Origin: Rickettsiales bacterium
GTDB lineage: Bacteria > Pseudomonadota > Alphaproteobacteria > Rickettsiales > SXRF01
Reading direction: 5' to 3'
DNA length: 64,000 bases
NCBI GenBank assembly: GCA_025464625.1
Contig: JAOAUZ010000005.1
Span: forward strand, 203-64,202
Shown here piece by piece: positions 18,264 to 28,041 of this stretch (its first letter is position 1; the number at the start of each line of letters is the position of its first letter). Position numbers and translations under genes: made by a program. Below the pieces are notes generated by a model, which saw only the letters and a list, made by a program, of their open reading frames with translations, had not been told where the DNA came from and did no database searches.

Positions 18264-19325
18264 TTACAACCCACTCACTAAGTTGGGAATATGCAGTGGA
18301 TCGAAACCATAATGTTGTAACCAGCGTGCGTCGGATTCAAAAAATGTGCGCAGGTCTGGGATGCCGTATTTGAGCATGGCGAGGCGTTCTATACCCATGC
18401 CGAAAGCAAAGCCCTGCCATTCATTCGGGTCAATATTGCAATTTTTTAGAACATTAGGATGCACCATACCGCATCCGCCAATTTCCAACCAATCACTGCC
18501 TGCGCCAATCTTCAAACTTTCCTTGCTGCGGGCGCAGCCAATGTCAATTTCGGCTGATGGTTCGGTGAATGGAAAAAAGCTGGGGCGGAAACGTACAGGT
18601 ACATTTTCCAACTCAAAAAACACGCGCAGGAATTCGCTGATGCAGCCACGCAGATGTCCCATATTTATTTCTTTATCAATCACCAAACCTTCAATCTGAT
18701 GGAACATTGGCGTGTGGGTTAGGTCTGAGTCACAGCGATAAGTGCTGCCCATGGCGATGAAACGAAAAGGTGGTTTACCAGCGCGCATGGTGCGGATTTG
18801 CACAGGGGAGGTGTGAGTACGCAGCACGGTTTTATTATCGCCTTTGCCGTGTAGATAAAATGTATCATGCATCTGGCGGGCAGGGTGTGATTCTGGAATA
18901 TTCAAGGCAGTAAAATTATGCTCGTCATCTTCAATATCAGGACCATCAGCAACGTTAAAACCAAGGTCGGCAAATATTGCAGTTATTTCTTCTGTAACTT
19001 GAGTGATGGGGTGAATTTTCCCGCGTGACTGCGAATCTATAGGCAGGGTTACATCTAGTTTTTCTGTAACTAGGCGAGCGTTTAATTCAACATCCGCAAG
19101 AGTAGATTTTTTTTCTTCGAGAGCGTTTGTAATTTGCTCTTTTATTTGGTTGAGTGCTGCACCTAAAGTTTTGCGTTCTTCTGGTGAGGCTTGCCCGAGT
19201 GATTTTAGTGCATCGGTTAGCTTACCTTTTTTGCCGAGTAAAGAAACGCGAAGCTCCTCTAACGCGCTTGATGTTTCACAAGCAACGATAGAGGAGAGGG
19301 CTTCGTTTAATAAGTTTTCGGTCAT
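18264..19325 (-). CDS. pheS: phenylalanine--tRNA ligase alpha subunit
   Basis: 'HPARQMHDTFY', 'FRPSFFPFTEPS', 'GFAFGMGIERLAMLKYGI'; 353 aa. Confidence 0.96.
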   Translation of the reverse strand: MTENLLNEALSSIVACETSSALEELRVSLLGKKGKLTDALKSLGQASPEERKTLGAALNQIKEQITNALEEKKSTLADVELNARLVTEKLDVTLPIDSQSRGKIHPITQVTEEITAIFADLGFNVADGPDIEDDEHNFTALNIPESHPARQMHDTFYLHGKGDNKTVLRTHTSPVQIRTMRAGKPPFRFIAMGSTYRCDSDLTHTPMFHQIEGLVIDKEINMGHLRGCISEFLRVFFELENVPVRFRPSFFPFTEPSAEIDIGCARSKESLKIGAGSDWLEIGGCGMVHPNVLKNCNIDPNEWQGFAFGMGIERLAMLKYGIPDLRTFFESDARWLQHYGFDPLHIPNLVSGL

Positions 19326-19345
19326 GTTAGAATGACACTAATAAA

Positions 19346-19711
19346 TTAAGCAGCTTTTTTATAGAGAGCAGCTTTTGATTGATCAACAATTGCTTTGAAG
19401 GCTGCTGGTTCGCGGGTGGCTAGGTCGGAAAGAACCTTGCGATCAACGATGATGCCAGCTTTAATTAAGCCGTTCATGAACTGCGAATAAACCATTCCAT
19501 GTTCGCGTACGCCAGCGTTGATACGCTGAATCCACAAACTACGGAAATTGCGTTTTTTAGCACGACGGTCACGATACGCGTAACGCAGACCTTTTTCTAC
19601 TTTTTCACGGGCAACGGTTATACAGCTTTTAGAACGGCCATAATAACCTTTTGCCATTTTAAGAATTTTTTTGCGACGGGCGCGATTCGCACCACTTTTA
19701 GCATGAGCCAT
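19346..19711 (-). CDS. rplT: 50S ribosomal protein L20
   Basis: '[15 protein letters not shown]', '[17 protein letters not shown]'. Confidence 0.96.
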   Translation of the reverse strand: MAHAKSGANRARRKKILKMAKGYYGRSKSCITVAREKVEKGLRYAYRDRRAKKRNFRSLWIQRINAGVREHGMVYSQFMNGLIKAGIIVDRKVLSDLATREPAAFKAIVDQSKAALYKKAA

Positions 19712-19732
19712 GAGTTATCTCCTTATAAGCTA

Positions 19733-19936
19733 TTAGTATGAGCCGTTTGGCATATATTGCACGATGCGGTGTGTATCAGAAGCATCGAGAATAGTAGTGC
19801 CGCGTGCGTTACGAATAAAACGATTGGTACGCTTGCGCATTCCATGGCGTTTTCCAGCTTGGGAGGCAACAACCTTGCCTGTGGCAGTGAAGCGAAAACG
19901 CTTCTTACAGCCTGATTTGGTCTTCAATTTTGGCAT
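19733..19936 (-). CDS. rpmI: 50S ribosomal protein L35
   Basis: '[18 protein letters not shown]' ; 67 aa; upstream of rplT. Confidence 0.95.
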   Translation of the reverse strand: MPKLKTKSGCKKRFRFTATGKVVASQAGKRHGMRKRTNRFIRNARGTTILDASDTHRIVQYMPNGSY

Positions 19937-20082
19937 TTTAGCATCCTATACAATTAAGGTTATAAATAAAACGTTACCAAAGGCAATGCCTCGCCTGATA
20001 ACTAAAGGGAGTGTGTGTTTAGCTGGGAAGTATCCGTAAATCAAGCAAAAAATAATAGCTGATAAAAAATGTCGGGTTTTAC

Positions 20083-20112
20083 TTGAAATTGGATGGCAAT
20101 ACACCATATAAT
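20083..20112 (+). promoter_or_regulatory. sigma70-type promoter candidate for 20154..20903
   Basis: TTGAAA (20083-88), 18-nt spacer, TATAAT (20107-12); 41 nt upstream of the ATG. Confidence 0.4.
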
Positions 20113-20153
20113 ACTACGGTAGTTCAATTTATTAACTTAATTAGGAGAAAAAC

Positions 20154-20903
20154 ATGGAATATCGCGATCCGTTTGCCACGGCACAGTATGGCGCACAGTC
20201 AAAGGCTGCTGCTTATGACATGGGCTTGCGTGCTTATATGCTCAAAATTTATAACTATATGGCGAGTGCTTTAGCCCTAACTGGCGTTGTGGCTATGTTT
20301 GCGGCAAATTCACAAACGTTTATTAATGCACTTTACAACGTTCAGAATGGTCAGGCTGTCGGAATGTCTCCGCTTGGCTGGATTGTTATGCTTGCACCGA
20401 TTGGTTTGGTTCTGTGGCTAGGTATGGGTATTAACCGCATGAGTTCATCCACAGCTCAGGCTATTTTCTGGGCATATTCGGTGCTGGTCGGTCTGTCGCT
20501 CACCTCAATATTCATGGTTTATACGGGAAAGAGCATTGCAGCTACATTCTTTGTAACTGCTGGAACTTTCGGAGCTATGAGCATTTATGGTTATACAACT
20601 AAGCGTGATTTAACTGGTATGGGTTCATTCTTGATGATGGGCTTGATTGGTTTGATTATCGCGTCAATAGTTAGTATTTTTATGCCAAGCCCTGCATTGT
20701 TTTTTGCTACATCAGTTATCGGTGTGCTTATTTTCGTAGGTCTTACTGCGTATGACACTCAGAAGCTAAAAAATATGTATTATCAGGTTGCTGGTAACTC
20801 TGAAGCAATGGCGAAGGCATCCATTCTTGGTGCGCTTAATTTATATTTGGATTTCATCAACATATTTATGTATTTGCTGCGCTTTATTGGTGACCGCAAA
20901 TAG
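20154..20903 (+). CDS. BAX inhibitor-1/YccA family membrane protein
   Basis: 7-TM profile with 'AYMLKIYNYM', 'LTAYDTQKLK' and a C-terminal 'LYLDFINIFMYLLRF'. Confidence 0.88.
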   Translation: MEYRDPFATAQYGAQSKAAAYDMGLRAYMLKIYNYMASALALTGVVAMFAANSQTFINALYNVQNGQAVGMSPLGWIVMLAPIGLVLWLGMGINRMSSSTAQAIFWAYSVLVGLSLTSIFMVYTGKSIAATFFVTAGTFGAMSIYGYTTKRDLTGMGSFLMMGLIGLIIASIVSIFMPSPALFFATSVIGVLIFVGLTAYDTQKLKNMYYQVAGNSEAMAKASILGALNLYLDFINIFMYLLRFIGDRK

Positions 20904-20929
20904 ATTCGTAAGTGATTGATTCTAATTGG

Positions 20930-20960
20930 AAGGGGTGGTAGGAATCTACCACCCTTTTTT
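20930..20960 (+). terminator. intrinsic terminator after the BI-1 family gene
   Basis: gggtggtag-gaat-ctaccaccc stem-loop followed by TTTTTT. Confidence 0.7.
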
Positions 20961-20975
20961 ATGACTGGAAATAGC

Positions 20976-21746
20976 ATGAACTACATCAATACTATTGGCA
21001 TCGCAACGCTCTGTAAGCGCGAAATATGGCGGTTTGCAAAGGTTTGGAATCAAACAATAGTTGCACCAGTTGTTACTACATTATTGTTCCTCGCGGTTTT
21101 GATGTTGGCGATGGGTGGAAACGTGCGGATGATCGACCGCATACCTTATGGTGAGTTTATCGCACCGGGGCTTATTATGATGGCGATCGTGCAGAATGCT
21201 TTTGCTAATACATCTTCCTCGTTGATGCTTGCTAAAATTCAGGGTGTTATCGTTGATATACTGATGCCACCACTCACTGGCGGTGAGGTTGTATTCAGCT
21301 TGGTTATTGGCGGTTTGGTGCGTGGTGTTGCTGTTGGTATTGTAGTGATGGCAGCGGTTTATATGTTCGTGCCGTTTTCGTTGTTGCATCCGTGGATTGG
21401 CTTGTTCTATGTGGTTTCTGCCTGTGTTATGCTGGCTTTGCTTGGGATTATAACAGGTATATGGTCGCAGTCATTTGATCAACTTTCAGCCATTACCAAC
21501 TATATTATCACCCCTCTTTCTTTCCTTTCTGGGACGTTTTATTCAATAAAGCAATTGCCTGAATTTTGGTATTATGTCTGTCATTTCAACCCGTTTTTTT
21601 ATATGATTGACGGGTTTCGTTACGCAACGGTTGGCTACACAGACGGCACTATTGAAATAGGGATGGTGGTGATGACAATAACCAATATTGTGTTATGGGT
21701 TATTACGTCTATTTTGTTTAGCAGAGGTTATCGCTTGAAAACCTAG
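20976..21746 (+). CDS. ABC-2 type transporter permease (no adjacent ATPase gene)
   Basis: 'REIWRFAKVWNQTIVAPV' N-terminus and six TM segments, typical of YadH/ABC-2 permeases. Start placed at ATG 20976, after the terminator. Confidence 0.75.
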   Translation: MNYINTIGIATLCKREIWRFAKVWNQTIVAPVVTTLLFLAVLMLAMGGNVRMIDRIPYGEFIAPGLIMMAIVQNAFANTSSSLMLAKIQGVIVDILMPPLTGGEVVFSLVIGGLVRGVAVGIVVMAAVYMFVPFSLLHPWIGLFYVVSACVMLALLGIITGIWSQSFDQLSAITNYIITPLSFLSGTFYSIKQLPEFWYYVCHFNPFFYMIDGFRYATVGYTDGTIEIGMVVMTITNIVLWVITSILFSRGYRLKT

Positions 21747-22720
21747 CGGTGGATTGTTGCATTTTTCTCTAACGGTAGTTCCACGCCATTTATTTGTGAG
21801 AATACGCGTAATATTTTGGTTTGTGTTGGGTTAAGTATTACAGAAATAGATGAGCCGTCTTTTCTAACAACTTTTTTTTCTTTATAATCTTTGCCAATTA
21901 ATAACTCACCCAAATCATCAGCAAGTTTTTCTATCTTTTTTTGGCTGTATAGTAGCTTATCTGGTGTGACAGTAAAAATGCTGCTTCCATTTTCATGTAA
22001 TTTTAGAGAAATTCCTGCTTTATTTATTTCTAAAATACCATCTTTTCCGCCCAGAGTGGCTTGCGATGTTTTTTCTTTTTCCTGTTGTTTTATAGCTTCT
22101 TCTTTAATTGTTCCATTTTCGATAGTCAGTTTTTTTATGTCCCAACTTTTGCCACCATCAACAGATTTTAAGTGGTAAGGAACGGAATTTTCAATTTCAA
22201 TTTCCCCATTGTTAGTCAGCAAAGATGAAATTCTCCTAGTTGTTCCAGCGTGTGAAACTATAATTATTGGCTCTGCTTTTGCTCTTTCTATCCATTTTTC
22301 TAAAGCTGGTTTTACGCGATCTTTATGTCGCCCGATATCTTCCCCTATGTCTGGGACAGGTTTACCTTTGGGGTCTTTAAGTTCTTTATATAGTCTTTCA
22401 GTTAGTATCCCGACCCATTTTCCAGATGTTCTTTCTCTGAAGGCTTCTTCAACTATAAAATCATCTCTGCCAGAAAAATGCTTGGCAGTTTCATCTGTTC
22501 TGTGCCTGCCAGTCGTTACGATGGGTGTTTTTTCCGTTATAGTGCCTTTTTCTAATAATATTTTATAGATAGCATTTGCTTTTTCTGCCCCGTCTATACC
22601 TTCTTGCGATAATCTAGGGTCTGCATCGCCACCTGATGTAACTCCGCGTATGTTATCAAGCGTTTTACCGTGCCTTATTAGATAAATATCAATAGGTTTT
22701 TGTGTTTGTTCGGTATTCAT
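21743..22720 (-). CDS. histidine phosphatase (PGAM/SixA superfamily) domain fused to an unrecognised ~140-aa C-terminal domain
   Basis: 'IYLIRHGKT' RHG motif and 'IIIVSHAGT' second His. The C-terminal half is Lys/Glu-rich with no motif recognised. Confidence 0.6.
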   Translation of the reverse strand: MNTEQTQKPIDIYLIRHGKTLDNIRGVTSGGDADPRLSQEGIDGAEKANAIYKILLEKGTITEKTPIVTTGRHRTDETAKHFSGRDDFIVEEAFRERTSGKWVGILTERLYKELKDPKGKPVPDIGEDIGRHKDRVKPALEKWIERAKAEPIIIVSHAGTTRRISSLLTNNGEIEIENSVPYHLKSVDGGKSWDIKKLTIENGTIKEEAIKQQEKEKTSQATLGGKDGILEINKAGISLKLHENGSSIFTVTPDKLLYSQKKIEKLADDLGELLIGKDYKEKKVVRKDGSSISVILNPTQTKILRVFSQINGVELPLEKNATIHR

Positions 22721-22914
22721 GCCTATATTTTCATAGATACTTAAAGATAATCATGTTGATTTATAGCATTATGACCTTGAATCATCAAGGATTTATTAAA
22801 ATAGATTAATAATTGTGATTTTATATAAATTTTCTGTTTGAGGCATCGCATTGCTTGACAAATCCGCTTAATAGAGGAAAATCTGCGTTTTTCCTAGAGT
22901 CGCGAAACATATTT

Positions 22915-24081
22915 ATGTCTGCTGTTTTACCAGTGTATCGCCGTTCTAATATTACGATTTCTCGTGGGGAAGGCGTATATCTTTTCGCGCCTGATGGTAG
23001 GCGTTATCTGGATTTTGCGGCGGGAATAGCTGTTAATTCACTCGGGCATTGTCACCCACATGTTGTTTCTGCTCTAAAAAAACAGGCTGATATTCTTTGG
23101 CATTGCTCCAATATGTATCAAGTTCCTGAGCTAAATAAATTTGCAGAAAGGCTGACTTCTGTTTGTTTTGCTGACAAAGTATTTTTTGCTAATTCGGGTG
23201 GCGAGGCGGTTGAGTGTGGGCTTAAAATTGTTAGGAAATATCATGATGTAAACGGAAATCCTGAGCGGTTTCGGGTGATAACTATGGAAGGTGGTTTTCA
23301 CGGGCGGAGTTTTGCTTGTATTTCTGCTGGAGGGAATGAAGTGGCGCGCTCTGGTTATGCACCGCTTCTTGATGGGTTTGATCGTGTAGAGTTTAATAAT
23401 CTGGAAGCAGTGAAAGCCGCTGTTACTCCTGAAACTGCTGCAATATTAGTTGAGCCGATACAGGGTGAGGGTGGAGTACGGGAAGCCAGCCACGAATTTT
23501 TGCAGGGGCTTCGTAAAATTGCTGACCAGCATGGTTTGTTGTTGTTCATTGATGAGGTACAATGTGGGATGGGACGCACTGGTGCGCTCTTTGCCCATCA
23601 GCAATCTGGCGTTGTTCCCGATATTGTTTCGGCAGCAAAGGGCATCGGTAACGGGTTTCCGCTGGCAGCCTGTCTGGTAACTGATAAGGTTGCATCATGT
23701 ATGCAGACTGGAACGCATGGCTCAACCTATGGCTCAAACCCGCTGGCTATGGCAGTGGGTAATGCGGTATTGGATGTTATGCTCGCGCCAGAATTTTTTA
23801 GGCATGTTGAGAAAGTAGGCAAGCTGCTTAAAGATGAATTATTAGCTGTTGCGTATGAATTTCCAAAAATATTTTCCGAAGTGCGCGGGCGCGGGTTGAT
23901 ATTGGGAATAAAGGCAAGTGTACCACACGTTCAATTTGTAGAAAAACTACGCGAAAATGGACTTTTTACTTCGCCAGCTGAGGGCAATGTTATACGCATT
24001 ACCCCACCACTTATTATCGAGGAAAAACACATGCGTGATGCTATTGAAATTATAAGAAAAACAGCTAAGGAAATGATATGA
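22915..24081 (+). CDS. argD: acetylornithine aminotransferase
   Basis: 'NSGGEAVECGLK', 'DEVQCGMGRTG', 'SAAKGIGNGFP' (PLP Lys). Start moved to ATG 22915. Followed by argF. Confidence 0.9.
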   Translation: MSAVLPVYRRSNITISRGEGVYLFAPDGRRYLDFAAGIAVNSLGHCHPHVVSALKKQADILWHCSNMYQVPELNKFAERLTSVCFADKVFFANSGGEAVECGLKIVRKYHDVNGNPERFRVITMEGGFHGRSFACISAGGNEVARSGYAPLLDGFDRVEFNNLEAVKAAVTPETAAILVEPIQGEGGVREASHEFLQGLRKIADQHGLLLFIDEVQCGMGRTGALFAHQQSGVVPDIVSAAKGIGNGFPLAACLVTDKVASCMQTGTHGSTYGSNPLAMAVGNAVLDVMLAPEFFRHVEKVGKLLKDELLAVAYEFPKIFSEVRGRGLILGIKASVPHVQFVEKLRENGLFTSPAEGNVIRITPPLIIEEKHMRDAIEIIRKTAKEMI

Positions 24082-24091
24082 GAGTAGTAAT

Positions 24092-25003
24092 ATGATTCGC
24101 CATTTTTTAGATCTTTCAGAAATTTCAGCAGAGGATTTACGGAAAATTCTTAGCAGTGCAGCGCGACTAAAACGTGAACGTTCTGAAGGAAAATTTACAA
24201 CATCCCTTGCTAACAAAAAACTGGCAATGATTTTTGAAAAAAATTCGACTCGGACGCGGGTGTCTTTTGAAGTTGCTATGATGGAGTTAGGCGGTGGCGC
24301 ACTTTCTTTTAACGGCAATGAACTACAGCTTGGACGTGGTGAAACTGTTGCGGATACGGCGCAGGTGCTTTCGCGCTATGTGGATGCTATTATGTTGCGT
24401 TGTCATAGCCATGATAAATTGGTTGAATTGTCAAAAAATGCCAGTGTGCCAGTGATAAACGGTCTTACAGAGTTCAGCCATCCCTGCCAGATTCTTGCAG
24501 ATATTCTTACGTTCGAGGAGAATCTAGGTGACATTAAGGGAAAAACGATCGCTTGGGTTGGCGATGGAAATAATGTCGCTCAAAGCTGGATTCATGCTGC
24601 TGCGTTGCTAGGCTGTAATTTTAGAATAGCTTGTCCGCCAACTCTTTCTCCTCTTCCAGAGGTTGTAGAATGGGCAAAAAAGCAGGGCGCAAAAATTACA
24701 ATAACTGACTCGCCAGCAATAGCGGTTTCTGGCGCACATGCAGTGATTACTGATACATGGGTATCGATGGGTGACCCAGACGCTGAGGCACAGATAAAGT
24801 TGCTTGCTCCCTATCAGGTAAATGATGCATTGATGAAAAAAGCTCTGCCAGAAGCAATTTTCATGCACTGTCTCCCTGCTCATCGAGGGGAAGAAGTGAC
24901 AGCAGAGGTGATTGATGGAAAACAGTCAAAAGTGTTTGATGAGGCAGAGAACAGGCTGCACGCACAAAAGGCGATTTTGCTGTGGTGTCTTAGGATAATT
25001 TGA
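24092..25003 (+). CDS. argF: ornithine carbamoyltransferase
   Basis: 'STRTRVSFE', 'HPCQILAD', 'HCLPAHRGEEV'. Confidence 0.95.
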   Translation: MIRHFLDLSEISAEDLRKILSSAARLKRERSEGKFTTSLANKKLAMIFEKNSTRTRVSFEVAMMELGGGALSFNGNELQLGRGETVADTAQVLSRYVDAIMLRCHSHDKLVELSKNASVPVINGLTEFSHPCQILADILTFEENLGDIKGKTIAWVGDGNNVAQSWIHAAALLGCNFRIACPPTLSPLPEVVEWAKKQGAKITITDSPAIAVSGAHAVITDTWVSMGDPDAEAQIKLLAPYQVNDALMKKALPEAIFMHCLPAHRGEEVTAEVIDGKQSKVFDEAENRLHAQKAILLWCLRII

Positions 25004-25088
25004 TTATTCGTAGGTTTTTGATGAAAATTACCGCTGGGCGTGTTATATTCCTAGCATGGCTTAGAATGCATTACATTACCTTAGGAGA

Positions 25089-25793
25089 ATGTTGGTTATG
25101 AGAATATTAATTATTATTGGATTATGTGGCGTGGCACTGTTCCTGTTTTTTGGGAGCAATCCTCTTCGTGATTATCAAAATCAGACTCGAGAAGCGATGA
25201 AAAAATATGGCGATGATCCGCTGACTATTGCCACGACCTATTACATAGAACAAAAAGAGAAGGAAGGTTCTGGGTCTACATTTGGTTTCGGTGGAGGTAG
25301 CCAGCCTGTTGGTACTCCGAGCGAGAGCGATCTTCAAAGGTCAATGCTAAATTCTGGGCAGGTTACTGAGAAAGCTCCTGTAAATCCGATGATTCCAGCG
25401 AGTCCGAATACTCAGCCTGATTATGGAAATCCTTCTCTTATAACAGCTAAAGTAGCGCAGCCTGATGCTAGTCTTCCTGAGGACATTGCCATTAGTGCTG
25501 AACCAGCTCGGGTTGATCCAGTTACCAATACTCAGCAATCAGGAGGTATTAAAGACTATTATCCGCCAGTGGTTGAGCGGGGTAACCCTGTTGTGGCGAT
25601 GAACCGAGAGTTGGCACCGCCTCCAGCCAGCAATGTTCCTAAATTGCGTACTGGGCAAGCGATTGTATTTGATGGAGAATATGTTTATTTATTGGATCAA
25701 TACGGTGTAAAGTCGATCATTCCAGACGGGCAATATAATCTCATGGACGGCAGCCAGATGGTTGTTGTAAACGGAAAACGAATGCTCCAATAA
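25089..25793 (+). CDS. hypothetical membrane-anchored protein, Pro-rich middle region
   Basis: N-terminal TM 'ILIIIGLCGVALFLFFG'; no family recognised. Confidence 0.5.
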   Translation: MLVMRILIIIGLCGVALFLFFGSNPLRDYQNQTREAMKKYGDDPLTIATTYYIEQKEKEGSGSTFGFGGGSQPVGTPSESDLQRSMLNSGQVTEKAPVNPMIPASPNTQPDYGNPSLITAKVAQPDASLPEDIAISAEPARVDPVTNTQQSGGIKDYYPPVVERGNPVVAMNRELAPPPASNVPKLRTGQAIVFDGEYVYLLDQYGVKSIIPDGQYNLMDGSQMVVVNGKRMLQ

Positions 25794-25882
25794 TTGTAGT
25801 GCTTTCTTCATTGTGTCCTTGCCTTTTTCCTGAAATTGCTAGATTCTGTTCGGCATTGTAGGATTCTTTCGGTTGGTATTTT

Positions 25883-27802
25883 GTGAGCGATACACCATTA
25901 CTTGATAGCGTGATTTATCCGAGTGACACTCGGGCATTTTCTGATGCACAGCTGGTGCAGCTTGCGGATGAGCTGCGTGCGGAAACTATTTCTGCTGTAT
26001 CACAAACTGGAGGGCATCTTGGAGCTGGTCTTGGTGTTGTGGAGCTTACCGTTGCTCTGCATCATGTTTTCAATACACCTGAAGATATAGTTATATGGGA
26101 TGTTGGGCATCAATCGTATCCGCATAAAATTCTTACAGGTAGGCGCGATAAAATCCGTACATTGCGTAAACCAGAAGGACTTTCTGGATTTTGCAAGCGT
26201 GCTGAGAGTGATTATGATGCGTTTGGCGCAGGGCATAGCTCAACTTCAATTTCTGCCGCTCTGGGGATGGCGGTGGCGCGGGATTTGGAAGGAAAAAAAC
26301 ATGAAGTGATTGCCGTCATCGGCGATGGGGCGATGAGTGCGGGAATGGCTTTTGAGGCACTGAATAATGCTGGGAGTATTGGCACGCGCCTGATAGTAAT
26401 CCTCAATGATAATGATATGTCAATTGCCCGACCAGTTGGAGCAATGAGTACATATCTGGCGCGATTAATTTCTTCTCACCCATATCACACATTACGTCAT
26501 ATGGCGAAAGTTGTTGCCAGTAAATTTCCTGAGCCGCTGATGCGTTTTGCGCGCAGAGCAGAACATTTGGCGCGTGATATAGCCGTTGGGGGAACGCTTT
26601 TTGAACAGCTTGGTTTTTATTATGTAGGACCTGTTGATGGGCATGATTTGACGCATTTATTGCCAGTTTTGCGTAATATAAAAAATGAAAAAAATAGTGG
26701 TCCGATTCTGTTGCATGTGGTGACGCGTAAGGGGCATGGTTATGCACCTGCTGAAGAGTCTGATGATAAATATCATGGTGTAAATAGTTTTGACGTAACA
26801 ACAGGAACGCAGAAAAAATCAGCAGCAAGCGCGCCAAGCTACACAAAAATTTTTGCAGAAAGTTTAATTGCGGAAGCAAAAAAAGATGAAAAAATTGTGG
26901 CGATTACTGCCGCCATGCCTTCTGGCACTGGTCTTGATTTATTTGCCAAAGAATTTCCTGAGCGTATGTTTGATGTTGGGATTGCTGAGCAACATGCAGT
27001 GACTTTTGCTGCTGGTCTTGCAACACAAGGATACAAACCGTTTTGTGCTATTTATTCAACTTTTTTGCAACGTGGTTATGACCAAGTGGTGCATGACGTT
27101 GCGATTCAAAATCTGCCAGTGCGTTTTGCTATTGATCGTGCTGGTTTGGTGGGTGCTGATGGGCCAACTCACGCAGGCAGTTTTGATATTGCCTATCTCG
27201 CCAGCCTTCCCAATTTTGTTGTGATGGCAGCAAGCGATGAGGCGGAATTAGTACACATGGTGGCGACATCTGCTGCGATTGATAATGCGCCCAGTGCTGT
27301 GCGTTATCCGCGCGGAGAAGGTGTTGGAGTTACGCTTCCTGAAATTGGCGTTCCACTTGCCATTGGTAAGGGAAGAATTGTCCGTGAAGTTTCAGGCGCG
27401 AAAGTTGCTTTGCTATCGCTTGGAACACGCCTTACAGAATGTATGAAAGCAGCAGATGTTTTGTTAGAAAAAGGAATAAAAACTACCGTTGCTGATGCTC
27501 GTTTTGCCAAACCAATTGATGAAGAATTAATAGGGAATTTGTTAAAAAGCCATGAGCTGCTGGTAACGGTGGAAGAAGGCGCAATTGGCGGATTTGGTTC
27601 GCATGTACTTCAGTTTGCAACTGATAATAATCTTGTTAATGATAAGCATAAAATTATAGCTATGTGTTTGCCTGATGTATTTATTGAGCAGAATGTTCCG
27701 CAAACCATGTATGATATTGCAGGGCTAAATGCTCCGCAAATAGTAGAAAAAGTGTTGCAAGCAGGAATTTCTGCGGAAAAACCAGCGAGAAAATCTGCTT
27801 GA
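25883..27802 (+). CDS. dxs: 1-deoxy-D-xylulose-5-phosphate synthase
   Basis: GTG start; '[18 protein letters not shown]', '[18 protein letters not shown]', '[16 protein letters not shown]'; 639 aa. Confidence 0.96.
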   Translation: MSDTPLLDSVIYPSDTRAFSDAQLVQLADELRAETISAVSQTGGHLGAGLGVVELTVALHHVFNTPEDIVIWDVGHQSYPHKILTGRRDKIRTLRKPEGLSGFCKRAESDYDAFGAGHSSTSISAALGMAVARDLEGKKHEVIAVIGDGAMSAGMAFEALNNAGSIGTRLIVILNDNDMSIARPVGAMSTYLARLISSHPYHTLRHMAKVVASKFPEPLMRFARRAEHLARDIAVGGTLFEQLGFYYVGPVDGHDLTHLLPVLRNIKNEKNSGPILLHVVTRKGHGYAPAEESDDKYHGVNSFDVTTGTQKKSAASAPSYTKIFAESLIAEAKKDEKIVAITAAMPSGTGLDLFAKEFPERMFDVGIAEQHAVTFAAGLATQGYKPFCAIYSTFLQRGYDQVVHDVAIQNLPVRFAIDRAGLVGADGPTHAGSFDIAYLASLPNFVVMAASDEAELVHMVATSAAIDNAPSAVRYPRGEGVGVTLPEIGVPLAIGKGRIVREVSGAKVALLSLGTRLTECMKAADVLLEKGIKTTVADARFAKPIDEELIGNLLKSHELLVTVEEGAIGGFGSHVLQFATDNNLVNDKHKIIAMCLPDVFIEQNVPQTMYDIAGLNAPQIVEKVLQAGISAEKPARKSA

Positions 27803-27813
27803 GAGGATTAATT

Positions 27814-28041
27814 ATGAGTTTTATAGAGAATGGTAATAAAGTTGCACAGTTTATAGCTGATACAGCAGCGTTTTTAGGTGCGTTATTGTACATTTTTTCA
27901 ATTATATTAGCTTTGGTTGGATGTGATGGTATTTGTACAGGAACGGATCTCGATGCTTGGATGCCAGCGTTTTTTTTCTTTCCTATAGGGATGCCACTTG
28001 TTGTCAGGTTAATTAAAAGGCTAAAGTCTAAAATGATATGA
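27814..28041 (+). CDS. small hypothetical membrane protein
   Basis: ATG 27814 is preceded by gagagga. Two hydrophobic segments. The stop overlaps the next start (ATGA). Confidence 0.45.
   Translation: MSFIENGNKVAQFIADTAAFLGALLYIFSIILALVGCDGICTGTDLDAWMPAFFFFPIGMPLVVRLIKRLKSKMI

Noticed and set aside
19937-20082. Possible L20-binding translational operator in the rpmI leader.
   Set aside because: I could not identify a convincing pseudoknot or 23S-mimic structure by eye, and infC is not upstream, so the E. coli model does not transfer directly.
22775-22790. Palindrome ccttga-atca-tcaagg upstream of argD as a possible ARG box.
   Set aside because: It matches only half of the TGAAT..ATTCA consensus, it is a single copy, and ArgR is uncommon in alphaproteobacteria as far as I recall.
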